Assembly (NCBI RefSeq): GCF_044704955.1
Contig: NC_091994.1
Location: forward strand, 47,678,001 to 47,742,000
From: Pristiophorus japonicus
Lineage: Eukaryota
Direction: 5' to 3'
DNA: 64,000 bases
Below are positions 12,470 through 24,900 of this stretch, piece by piece (position 1 is the stretch's first letter; each line of letters starts with the position of its first letter). The translations under genes and the position numbers were made by a program. The notes under the pieces were generated by a model that did not search any database, was not told where the DNA came from, and worked only from the letters and a program-made list of their open reading frames with translations.

Positions 12470-13385
12470 ATATATTGTCAACATCTTCACCGAGGTTTAC
12501 GAAAGTATGGGCCTTAAACTAAACATCCGTAAGACAAAGGTCCTCCACCAACCTGACCCCACCAAACAGCACTGCTCCCTCTCCCCGTTCATCAAAATCG
12601 CAGACCACTTTCCATACCTCGGGAGCCTACTATCAGCAAGGGCAGACATCGCCGACGAAGTCCAACACCACCTCCAGTGTGCCAGTGCAGCCTTTGGTTG
12701 CCTGAAGAGTGTTTGAAGACCAGGACCTCAAATCTGGCACCAAGCTTTATGGTCTACAGGGCTGTAGAGATAACCACCCTCCTATGTGGCTCAGACATGA
12801 ACCATATACAGTAGGCACCTCAAATCGCTGGAGAAATACCAACACTGACTACGCAAGATCCTGCAGATCCCCTGGGAGGATAGACGCACCAACATCAGTA
12901 TTCTCGATCAGACCAACATCCCCAGCATTGAAGCACTGACGACACTTGACCAGTTCTGATGGGCAGGCCACATCGTCTGCATGCCCGACACAAGACTCCC
13001 AAAGCAAGCGCTCTACTCGGAACTCCTACACAGCCAGCGAGCCCCAGGTGGGCAGAGGAAATATTTCAAGGACACCCTCAAAGCTTCCATGATAAAGTGC
13101 AACAGCCCCACTGAAACCTGGGAATCCTTGGACAAAGACTACCCAAAGTGGAGGAAGAGCATCCGGGAGGGCACTGAGCACCTCGTCTCATTGCTGAGAG
13201 CATGCAGAAAACAAGCGCAGGCAGCAGAAGGAGCGTGCGGCAAACCAGACTCCCCACCCACCCTTTCCTTCAACGACTGTCTGTCCCACATGTGATAGAC
13301 TGTAATTCCCATATTGGACTGTTCAGTCACCTGAGAACTCTCTCTTTTGAGTGGAAGCAAGTCTTCCTCACTTTCGAGGGACTGT
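12470..13385 (+). mobile_element. RTE-clade (BovB-like) LINE, 3' portion
   Basis: MGLKLNIRKTKVL, FPYLGSLLS and MPDTRLPKQALYSEL...GGQRKYFKDTLK, plus a terminal zinc-finger remnant. Same family as 20281-20982. Confidence 0.9.
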
Positions 13386-14328
13386 GTATATCAATGTTTC
13401 ACATTTAAGAGCCTAAACTGAGGAATGTTGGACAGGATGGTGGGAGAACCAGTTCTGGCCTTGGTCACAGAGGTCACTGGTTCATGGTCAGAGTTTGAAA
13501 TTCTGGATTCATTCTCCAGGGGCATTAAGGATATTTGAATCGTCCCTGATGAGTTATATGCATCAGCTAACGGCATAGGAGAGGGGAGGATAGTAGTTAT
13601 GTTACTGTACTAGTAATCCAGAAGCTTGTACTAATATAGACAATGGTACTATATAAATTTAATTTAAATTCTTAAACTACTAGAGAAAAGTGAGTCCAGA
13701 AAGCTGTCAGATTGTCGTAAAAACAACTAGTTCACTAATGTCCTTCTAGGGGACAGCGCTCTGGAGTTATCACCTTTTTAAATGATGGTTTGGGGGGACG
13801 CACATTTGCGGTATTTTGAATGGGCGTGCAGCCTCTTCAAAGTCTGTACACCCAAAAATATTAAAGGAACTATTGCTGCTGTCCATAAAGTTCGGCCTAT
13901 GTGACTCCAGGCCTACACTGACATGATTGACTCTTAACTGCCCTCTAAAGTGGGCTAGCAAGTCATTGAATTGTATCAAAATGTTAAGTGGTTCAAGTAG
14001 ACGCACCATCTTGGGGCAACTAAGGATGGGCAATAAATGTTGACCTTGCCAGTGATGCCCACATCCCAAGAATAAATTTTTTGGGGGAAAAAGCCACAGC
14101 AAGTGATGTTCTACCCCACTGAGCCACCATGACGGAAAACTCGTTTTCCAAATTGTACTTCTGTTTTGACGAAGCCTGAATCATTTTAAAGGGGCGATGC
14201 CCTTTCACTGAATGAACTTCTAGGGCCCACTATAAGAAGCTGCAACCTTTCACTCCTATTAAACGCTGAAATATGTTAAACATTTCTATAACTTTATTCA
14301 AACACTCCTTCTCTGGTTCCTATTGCAG

Positions 14329-14638
14329 CTCAGCAACTCCCTGAGCCCTCACTGAAGGCTCGGGCCTTCAGCCGAGGAGATGAGCGCTAAAGGAGCAGGC
14401 ACGTTAGTTTGCCTGGTCAGCAAACTGTCCATGGGCTTCGCTGCGGTCAGCTGGACAGTCGATGGGAGTCCGACGAGCAGTGAGGTCCAAACCAGCGCGG
14501 TGTCGCGGAACACGGACAACACCTTCAGTCTCAGCAGCTACCTGACGGATCCCGGCACAGACTGGAGCAGTGGGAAAGTGTACTTCTGTACAGTTCAACA
14601 TGGGACAGCTTCGAAAATATCCGCTAGTCGCACAATCC
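14329..14638 (+). pseudogene. Ig light chain constant exon copy 1 (frameshifted, 3'-truncated)
   Basis: Acceptor TTCCTATTGCAG, then GTLVCLVSKL...VSWTVDG...TFSLSSYL...DWSSGKVYFCTVQH. Relative to the copy at 30543 it has two 2-nt deletions (~14358 and ~14626) and lacks the terminal DC* codons. Confidence 0.92.
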
Positions 14639-15457
14639 TTCACTCGCGTATGCTGCCTGATTATTGGGCCAGTGTCACTTGCCCCATTATCCACCCTGTA
14701 TCCCTCAGCAACCCCATCTTCTTTCCCCTACCCCATTCTCCACCCTCTCCCCTTGGTCTCTGCTGCATTTTGTGCTTCTGTTTTGCATTGTGTGGTTCTG
14801 CTGTATCATTTGAAGTGTTTGTACCCGAGGCAACTCTCAGTTTTCCCTATTGTAGCAGACATCATAAGGCTTAGTGAGCAGTCACTCGGCTCTAATAAGG
14901 TGGTGTGCTTCGTACTAGCGATGGATTTAATTAAGATCATTTGTGATCTGCCGGTAGCATCAACCGCACATTGTCAATTAATGTAGAGAGAACCAATAAA
15001 GCGAATCTGTGCAGGAACCTTCGAAGTGTTTATCTTTTGTTGGAGTGAGTCATTCTGTGGGACCACTGCAGCAGGTACGGCAGGGCTGGGACTGTCACAG
15101 AAATGTATTCCATTTTCAAACTTTAAACTCCAAACTGGAAGGGGACAGTGGGTAGAACAGTGCCTCTGCACTGTTTCAGCTTTTTAACCAACCCACGGGA
15201 CCTACTGTTTTTTTTTAAAAAAACTCCATGAGTTCATAAAATAGATGGCAAGGGATTCATTTCTCAGGTGCACTATTTAGTCTTCAGCCTCCTCTTTTAC
15301 CCCTGGACCTGACCCAACCCAGGCAGATGGTGTTGGGCAGACACAGAGGAGGAGTGAAACGTGGTTAAAACTAAACAAAGCATCAATAGTTGACTGTAGA
15401 GAGGTAATTTGTGAAACTAGCAAAGGACATAATTGGAAGGTGATGGATTTTTAGTTA

Positions 15458-15626
15458 GACATAGAAACATAGAAAATAGGTGCAGGAGTAGGCCATTCGG
15501 CCCTTCGAGCCTGCACCACCATTCAATAAGATCATGGCTGATCAGTCCCTCAGTACCCCTTTCCTGCGTTCTCTCCATACCCCTTGATCCCTTTAGTCGT
15601 AAGGGCCATATCTAACTCCCTCTTGA
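15458..15626 (-). mobile_element. CR1 3' terminal fragment
   Basis: (CATAGAAA)n tail and 3' UTR are the reverse complement of 3690-3823. Confidence 0.85.
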
Positions 15627-16508
15627 CATCAGATGGGGGACCAAAGCAGGGAGATACTGTTTCTTCAAATCCACCACTCATTGACAATGGGGAAAAATGT
15701 GATTTTTAAAAAAGTTAGTATCTTACCCAAGCAGAGATCTGCCATGTCAGTTCTCCTCACCTCTAGACCATTCCAATGAAGTTTGTCAGGCTGGAACGTT
15801 GAATGCAACTCAATGGCTCTGACTTCACCTCAAACTGCGAGCTGACAGGGAGCCACATGATCTCAGGGAATTGCTCTATTGGCTGAGTCAGCTGTATACA
15901 CAGCCAGTGTTGTGACCAGGTCAGGTGACTTAAGATTTGGATCTTCAGTTACAGAGCTTCATGGGATGATGGAACTTCTCCCCACCAGTGCCATCATTGG
16001 GGGGGGGGGGGGGGGTGGTCTAGCGGTGAAGAGATCCAACACTGCTCTACATGGTGCAATGTTAAAAGCATCAATATTTGATCAAGTTTTTTAGGGGTGG
16101 GTTGAATAAGAGGACTTCTTTCCTTTTTGATCAGTAGTTTATTTTATTGAATAGGTCACCTCTTAGTTCATTAAATGCTGACACATTTGGTGTATTCAAA
16201 GAAGGAACTCCAGTCCTGGTTGCTGCAGTGGGTTGGTAAAGTGCTCATTCACTTCTGGTGAATGGGTTTGAATCTAGTTCAGGCTGATGGAATAAACTTC
16301 TGCTCGCTCTCTGGCAGCTACAAGAAGCCCTCAATGATACGAGTTTGGGCCAGCTTCTTGAAGCAGCTTTACAAGTTTCTTTAGTTATATGTTCTCAGGT
16401 AATAGTACAATTCAGAACATGTGGTACACCTCAGATTACAGGGCATTTCTGTTAGTGCTCATTGGTTCCTGTAGGGTTACGCTTTGGCAGGTGGCTTAGG
16501 GGAGGGAG

Positions 16509-19122
16509 AAACATAGGAACATAGAAACTAGGTGCAGGAGTAGGCCAGTCGGCCCTTCAAGCCTGCACCACCATTCAATAAGATCATGGCTGATCATTCA
16601 CCTCAGTACTCCTTTCCTGCTTTTTCTCCATACCCCTTGATCCCTTTAGCCTTGAGCACCATATCTAACTCCCTCTTGAATATATCCAATGAACTAGCAT
16701 CAACAACTCTCTGCAGTAGAGAATTCCACAGGTTAACAACTCTGAGTGAAGAAGTTTCTCCACAACTCAGTCCTAAACAGCATGCCCCTTATCCTTAGAC
16801 AGTGTCCTCTGGTTCTGGACTTCCCCAACATCGGGAACATTCTTCCTGCATCTAACCTGTCCAGTCCTGTCAGAATTTTATATGTTTTTATGAGATCCCT
16901 CCTCATCCTTCTAAACTCCAATGAATACAGGCCCAATCGGTCCTCATATATCAGTTCTGCCATTCCGGGAATCAGTCTGGTGAACATTCGCTTGCAATAG
17001 CAAAAACGTCCTTCCTCAGATTAGGAGACCAAAACTGAACATATTCCAGGTGTGGCCTCACCAAGGCCCTGTACAACTGCAGTAAGACCTGCCTGCTCCT
17101 ATACTCAAATCCCCTAGCTATGAATGCCAACATACCATTTGCTGCCTGCTGTACCTGCATGCCAACTTTCAATGACTGATGTACCATGACACCCAGGACT
17201 CGTTGCACTTCCCCTTTTCCAAATCTGCCGCCATTCAGATAATATTCTGCCTTCGTGTTTTTTCCCCCAAAGTGGATAACCTCTCATTTATCCATATTAT
17301 ACTGCATTTGCCCACTCACCTAACCTCTCCATGTCACCCTGCAGTCTCTTAGCATCCACCTCACAGCTCACACCGCCATCCAGCTTAGTGTTTTCTGCAA
17401 ACTTGGAGATATTACACTCAATTCCTTCATCTAAATCATTAATGTATATTGTAAAGAGCTGGGGTCCTAGCACTGAGCCCTGCGGCACCCCACTAGTCAT
17501 TGCCTGCCATTCTGAAAAGGACCCGTTTATCTCAACTCTCTGCTTCCTGTCTGCCAACCAGTTCTCCAACCACGTCAGTACATTACCCCCAATACTATGT
17601 GCTTTGATTCTGCACACCAATCTCTTGTGTGGGACCTTGTCAAAAGCCTTTTGAAAGTCCAAATATACCACATCCACTGGTTCTCCCTTGTCCACTCTAC
17701 CAGTTACATCCTCACAAAATTCTAGAAGATTTGTCAAGCATAATTTCCCTTTCATAAATCCATGCTGACTTGGACCAATCCTGTCACTGCTTTCCAAATG
17801 CGCTGCTATTTCATCTTTACTAATTGATTCCAACATTTTCTCCACGACTGATGTCAGGCTAACCGGTCTATAATTACCTGTTTTCGCTCTCCCTTTTTAA
17901 AAAGTGGTATTACATTAGCTATCCTCAAGTCCATAGGAACTGATCCAAAGTTGATAGACTGTTGGAAAATGATCACCAATGCATCCACTATTTCTAGGGC
18001 CACTTCCTTAAGTACTCTGGGATGCAGAATATCAAGCCCTGGGGATTTATCTGCCTTCAATCCCATCAACTTTCCTAACACAATTTCCCGCCAAATAAGG
18101 ATTTCCTTCAGTTCCTCCTTCTCACTAGACCCTCAGTTCCCTAGTATATCCGGAAGGTTATTTGTGTCTTCCTTCATGAAGACAGAACCAAAGTATTTGT
18201 TCAACTGGTCTGCCATTTCTTTGTTCCCCATTATAAATTCACCTGAATCTGACTGCAAGGGACCTACGTTTGTCTTCACTAATCTTTTTCTCTTCACATA
18301 TCTATAGAAGCTTTTGCAGTTAGTTTTTATGTTCCCGGCAAGTTTCCTCTCATACTCTATTTTCCCCCTCCTAATGAAACCCTTTGTCCTCCTCTGCTGA
18401 ATTCTAAATTTCTCCCAGTCCTCAAGTTTGCTACTGTTTCTGGCCAATTTACATGCTTCTTGCTTGGATTTAACACAATCCTAAATTTCCCTTGTTAGCC
18501 ATGGTTGAGCCATCTTCCCTGTTTTATTTTTACTCCAGACAGGGATGTACAATTGTTGAAGTTCATCCATGTGATCTTTAAATGTTTGCCATTGCCTATC
18601 CACCATCAATCCTTTAAGTATCATTTGGCAGTCTATTCTAGCCAATTGACATCTCATATCATCGAAGTTACCTTTCCCTAAGTTCAGGTCCCGAGTCTCT
18701 GAATTAACTGAATAAAGAATTCTACCATATTATGGCCACTCTTCCCCAAGGGCCTCGCACAACAAGATTGCTAATTAGTCCTTTCTCATTACACATCACC
18801 CAGTCGAGGATGGCCAGCCCTCTAGTTGGTTCCTCGACATATTGGTCTAGAAAACCATCCCTAATACACTCCAGGAAATCCTCCTCCACCATATTGCTAC
18901 CAGTTTGGTTAGCCCAATCTATATGTCGATTAAAATCACCCATGATAATTGCTGTACCTTTATTGCACGCATCCCTAATTTCTTGTTTGATGCTGTCCCC
19001 AACCTCACTACTACTGTTTGGTGGTCTGTACATAACTCCCACTAGCGTTTTCTGCCCTTTGGTATTCCGCAGCTCCACCGATACAGATTCCACATCATCC
19101 AAGCTAATGTCCTTCCTTACAT
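16509..19122 (-). mobile_element. CR1 LINE, 5'-truncated, same family as 1-3823
   Basis: Minus-strand ORF2 fragments from the endonuclease (MGDFN) through RT ([23 protein letters not shown]) to the 3' tail. Confidence 0.95.
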
Positions 19123-20186
19123 TACCCTCGTTCACTTTGTACTGTTTAGGCTTACAAAGCTCATAAGAATTTTTTTATTGTCTGAAACTTAGTTGCGTTA
19201 CTTTCCTCTTTGGGGAAAAGAACAGAAGTTCAAGAGTTTGGGTGGTGTGTCATGCTTGTGGGCTTTAAGGGACAGCAAGGTGCTCCCCTTTCATTAGTCG
19301 CTTCCAGGCTCCCTTCAGGTATGGAAAGAAGTGGAGTGAACTGTATCTACAGGAATGGGACCCACACATCCTGGGTGAATTCCAATTCAAAGTGCTGCCT
19401 GTTTTCTATTGAAAAACTTTGGAGAGAGGCCTAGGGCCAAAGCAGAAGACAAGGTGAGCTAAATAAATAGTGGTTGGGTAACACCAAGCTTGGAGGGTAA
19501 GAGTGAGGGAGGTAAGGAACTCCAGTTTTAAATACCTGGAAAGAACGAGTTAGAGTCGGAGGTGGTGCGATTACAGTGCAGTGAGAATAAAGGGGACATG
19601 GATCTATAAAAGAACGCACAATTTCGTTAGCTAGAGCTCACAGGTCTGGGCTTCAAACCTGAAAAATGGTGCAATGGATTATGCAAGCCTAAGTGCCAGG
19701 ATGAGAAAAGTAACATTTTATTCCTGCCAACATGGCTCAGAAATGGCCTAAAGCATTTACCTACAGAATTCACTGCCCTTTAAAATGACCTCCCACCTCA
19801 AGGTTGGCCCCCAACAGCAGTTCTATGATAGGCTTGCTATGCAAGCATTGGACTTAGCATGCAGCACACCTGTGGGCTAGAGGGTCCTGAGCCCAACCTC
19901 CTTTTGGAGATAGTAATCAAACTCTCTCCTGCTTGTGTTGTCAGTTCCAGATCTGAGTGTGAAGCTGAGCAGGATGCAATATCAGCCAGAACTGGTTTGT
20001 GCTCAGTTTCAGCATCCGTTATGCACACCTCTGTCCATCGTTTGTGCCGAGAGAGTGCAATGCACCAAAATCGGCCCCAAGGAAACAAGTCATTACACCA
20101 AGGTGCAGTCGAATGCAGAATTCTGACTGAATCTGTGGCTATACTCACTTGTCGGTTATGGTAATGCGGTGTTCATAGAATCATAG

Positions 20187-20982
20187 CGGAGGAGGACGCT
20201 CCATAGACACTCGTGGTTGACAGTGTCAAAGGCCTTTGTAAGGTTGAAGGCGGCCATGTATAGAGGCAGGCGCTGTTCCCTGCCTTCGGCCGCCTGAGGA
20301 AAAGTGTGTTTGAAGATCAGGCCCTTAAAACAGTCACCAAGCTCATGGTCTACAGGGCTGTAGTAATACCCGCCCTCCTGTATGGCTCAGAAACATGGAC
20401 CATATACAGTAGACACCTCAAGTTGCTGGAGAAATACCACCAACGATGTCTCCGCAAGATCCTACAAATCCCCTGGGAGGACAGACGCACCAATGTTAGC
20501 GTCCTTGACCAGGCCAACATCCCCAGCATTGAAGCACTGACCACACTTGATCAGCTCCGTTGGGCAGGCCACATTGTTCGCATGCCAGACACGAGACTCC
20601 CAAAGCAAGCGCTCTACTCAGAACTCCTTCATGGCAAACGAGCCAAAGGTGGGTAGCGAAAACATTATAAGGACACCCTCAAAGCCTTCCTGATAAAGTG
20701 CGACATCCCCATTGACACCTGGGAGTCCCTTGCCAAAGAGCGCCCTAAGTGGAGGAAGTGCATCCGGGAGGGCACCGAGCTCCTCGAGCCTCGTCACCGA
20801 GAGCATGCAGAAATCAAGCACAGGCAGCGGAAAGAGTGTGCGGCAAACATGTCCCACCCACCCCTTCCCTCAATGACTATCTGTCCCACCTATGACAGAG
20901 ACTGTGGTTCTCGTATTGGACTGTACGAACTCATGTTAAGAGTGGAAGCAAGTCTTCCTCGATTCTGAGGTCTATGATGATG
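20187..20982 (+). mobile_element. RTE-clade LINE, 5'-truncated with inverted 5' segment
   Basis: 20281-20982 is the plus-strand RT C-terminus with an (ATG)n tail. 20187-20283 on the minus strand encodes EQRLPLYMAAFNLTKAFDTVNHECLWSVLLR. Flanked by AGAATCATAG at 20177-20186 and 20983-20992. Confidence 0.85.
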
Positions 20983-21004
20983 AGAATCATAGAATGATAC
21001 AACG

Positions 21005-21850
21005 CATAGAATCATAGAAATTTACAGCACGGAGGCCATTTCAGCCCATAGTGTCCGCGCCGGCCGACCAAGCGCTATCCAGCCTAATCCCACTTTCCAA
21101 CGTAGTCCGTAGCCCTGTAGGTTACGGCACTTTAAGTGCACATCTAAATGTGGTGAGGCTTTCTGTCTCTACCATCCTTTTAGGCAGTGAGTTCCAGACT
21201 CCCACCACCCTTTGGGTGAAGAAATTTCCCCTCGTATCTCCTCTCAACCTCCCCTCATTTACTTTAAATCAATACACCCTGGTTGTTGACCCCTCTGCTA
21301 AGGGAACAGGTCCTTCCTATCCACTTTATCCAGGCCTCTCATAATTTTATACACCTCAATCAGGTCTCCCCTCAACCTTCTCTGTTCAAAAGAAAACAGA
21401 CCCAGCATCTCCAATCTTTCCTCATAGCCAAAATTATCCAGAACAGTCAACATTCTTGTAAATCTCCTCTACACCCCAATCACATCTTTCCTGTAATGTG
21501 GTGAGCAGAACTGCACACAGTACCCTAGCTGCAGCCTAACCACCTTATCTACCTGGCCTGCTACCTTCAGGGATCTGTGGACCTGCACTCCAAGGTCTCT
21601 TTGTTCCTCTACACTTTTCAGTATCGTACCGTTTAATGTGTATGCACTTGCCTTGTTGGCCCTCCCCAAATGCATTACCTCACCATTTGCCACTGTTCTG
21701 CCCACCTGACCAGTACATTGATATCTTCCTGCAGTCCGCAGCTTTCTCCTTCATTATCAACCACCCAGCCTATTTTAGTGTCATCTGCAAACTTCTTAAT
21801 GACACCGCAACATTCAAGTCCAAGTCATTGATATATATCACAAAAGCAAG
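21005..21850 (-). mobile_element. CR1 LINE 3' fragment (older subfamily)
   Basis: EVMHLGRANK...QRDLGVQVHRSLK...YCVQFCSPHYRKD on the minus strand, with a CR1 tail. Confidence 0.85.
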
Positions 21851-21906
21851 GGACACAAAAGGAGGCCATTTGGTTGATCATGCTTATTGCTACTCTTTGA
21901 AAGAGC

Positions 21907-24900
21907 GGGAGGTGCGTCAGAGAGACCTATAAAAAGGCCCAGCGTCCGAAAGTCATGGTGCGTTGGCGAGAGGCTCGGGAGGTGCGTGGAGAGGCTCTGG
22001 AGGAGCGTGGAGAGACCTGGGAGAGACCCGGGAGGTGCGGGGAGAGACCCGGGAGGTGCGGGGAGAGACCCGGGAGGTGCGGGGAGAGACCCGGGAGGTG
22101 CGGAGAGAGGCTCTGGAGGAGCGTGGAGAGACCCGGGAGGTGCGTGGAGAGACCCGGGAGGTGCGTGGAGAGGCGGGACTTGTGCAGCTACAGGGAGACG
22201 GCAAAAAAGAAGTAGAAAGAAATCGAAAGATGACGTCACAGCCAAGGGGGTAAGTGATTGGCTGGCGATTGGTGAGTAGCTTTGCTTTTTCTTTCTTTAT
22301 CAGTAAGTAACCTTTAGCATTGTTGTTGCCAGCTTAAGTGTATCTAAGGGTTAAGTCATGGCAGGAGAGCTCAGACACTTGTTATGCTCCTCCTGTACTA
22401 TGTGGGAAGTCAGGGACGCTTCCGGTGTCCCTGACAACGACATATGCGGGAAGTGCATCCGCCTGCAGCTCCTGACGGACTGCATTGCAGCACTGGAGCT
22501 GTGGGTGGATTCACTCTGGAACATCCACGATGCTGAGAGTGACGTGAATAGCACGTTTAGCGAGTTGGTCACACCGCAGATAAAGGGTACTCAGCCAGAT
22601 AGTAAATGGGTGACCAGCAGGAAGAGCAGTGTAATGAAGGTAGTGCAGGGGCCCCCTGCGGTCATCCCCCTGCAAAACAGATACACCGCTTTGGGTACTA
22701 TTGAGGGGGATGACTCATCAGGGGAGGCTAGCAGCAGCCAAGTTCATGGCATCGTGGGTGGTTCTGCTGCACAGGAGGGCAGGAAAAAGAGTGGGAGAGC
22801 TATAGGGGATTCGATTGTAAGGGGAATAGATAGGCGTTTCTGCAGCCGCAACCGAGACTCCAGAATGGTATGTTGCCTCCCTGGTGCAAGGGTCAAGGAT
22901 GTCTCGGAGCGGGTGCAGGACATTCTCAAAAGGGAGGGTGAACAGCCAGTTATTGTGGTACACATAGGTACCCAACGATATAGGTAAAAAACGGGATGAG
23001 GTCCTACGAGACGAATTTAGGAAGCTAGGAGCTAAATTTAAAAAGTAGGACCTTAAAAGTAGTCATCTCAGGATTGCTACCAGTGCCACGTGCTAGTCAG
23101 AGTAGGAATTGCAGGATAGCTCAGATGAATATGTGGTTTGAGCAGTGGTGCAGAAGGGAGCAATTCAAATTCCTGGGGCATTGGAACCGGTTCTGGGGGA
23201 GGTGGGACCAGTATAAACCGGACGGTCTACACCTGGGCAGGACTGGAACCAATCCGAGGGGGAGTGTTTGCTAGTGCTGTTGGGGAGGAGTTAAACTAAT
23301 ATGGCAGGGGGATGGGAACCTATGCAGGGAGGCAGAGGGAAATAAAAGGGAGACAGAGGCAAAAGATATAAAGGAGAATAGTAAAAGTGGAGGGCAGAGA
23401 ATCCCAAGGCAAAAAACAAAAAGGGCCACATTACAACAAAATACTAAAGGGGCAAGGTGTGTTAAAAAGACAAGTCTGAAGGCTGTATGCCTCAATGCGA
23501 GGAGTATTCGGATTAAGGTGGATGAATTAACTGCGCAGATAGCAGTTAATGGATACGATGTAATTGGCATCACAGAGACATGGCTCCAGGGTGACCAAGG
23601 CTGGGAACTCAACATCCAAGGGTATTCAGCATTTAGGAAGGATAGACAGAAAGGAAAAGGAGGCGGGGTGACGTTGCTGGTCAAAGACGAAATTAATGCA
23701 ATAGTAAGGAAGAACATTGGCTTGGATGATGTGGACTCGGTATGGGTGGAGCTGCGGAATACTAAGGGGCAGAAAACGCTACTGGGAGTTGTGTACAGGC
23801 CACCAAACAGCAATAGTGAGGTTGGGGAAAGCATAAAACAAGAAATAAGGGATGTGTGTAATAAAGGTACAGCAGTTATCATGGGCGACTTTAATTTACA
23901 TATAGATTGGGTTAACCAAACTGATAGCAATGCGGATTTCCTGGAGTGTATTCGGGATGGTTTTCTTGACCAATATGTGGAGGAACCGACTAGCGAGCTG
24001 GCCATCCTATACTGGATGACGTGAAATGAGAAAGGACTAATTAGCAATCTTGAGACCCCTTGGGGAAGAGTGACCATAATATGGTAGAATTCTTTATTAA
24101 GATTGAGAGTGACACAGTTAATTCAGAAACTAGGGTCCTAAACTTAAGGAAAGCTAACTTCGATGGCATGAGGCATGAATTGGCGAGAATAGACTGGCAA
24201 ATGATACTTAAAGGATTGACGGTGGATAGGCAATGGCAAACATTTATAGATCACATGGATGAACTTCAACAGTTGAAAACATCCCTGTCTGGAGTAAAAA
24301 TAAAACATGGAAGGTGGCTCAACCGTGGCTAACAAGGGAAATTAAGGATAGTGTTAGATCAAAGGAAGAGGCATATAAATTGGCCAGAAACAGTAGCAAA
24401 CCTGAGGACTGGGAGAAATTTAGAATTCAGCAGAGGAGGACAAAGGGTTTAATTAGGAGGGGGAAAATAGAGTAGGAGAGGAAGCTTGCCGGGAACATAA
24501 AAACTGACTGCAAAAGCTTCTATAGATATGTGAAGAGAAAAAGATTGGTGAAAACAAACGTAGGTCCCTTGCAGTCGGACTCAGGTGAATTAATAATGGG
24601 GAACAAAGAAATGGCAGACCAATTGAACAAATACTTTGGTTCTGTCTTCACGAAGGAAGACACAAATGACCTTCCGGATGTACTAGGGGACCAAGGGTCG
24701 AGTGAGGAGGAGGAACTGAAGGAAATCCTTATTAGGCAGGAAATTGTGTTGGGGAAATTGATGGGATTGAAGGCTGATAAATCCCCAGGACCTGATTGTC
24801 TGTATCCCAGAGTACTTAAGGAGGTGGCCCTAGAAATAGTTGGTAATCATTTTCCAACAGTCTATCGACTCTGGATCAGTTCCTATGGACTGGAGGGTTG

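Noticed and set aside
21838-22279. Repetitive ORFs in five frames (RDPGGAG, ETREVRG)
   Set aside because: Artefacts of the stop-free 21-bp repeat in the CR1 5' UTR.
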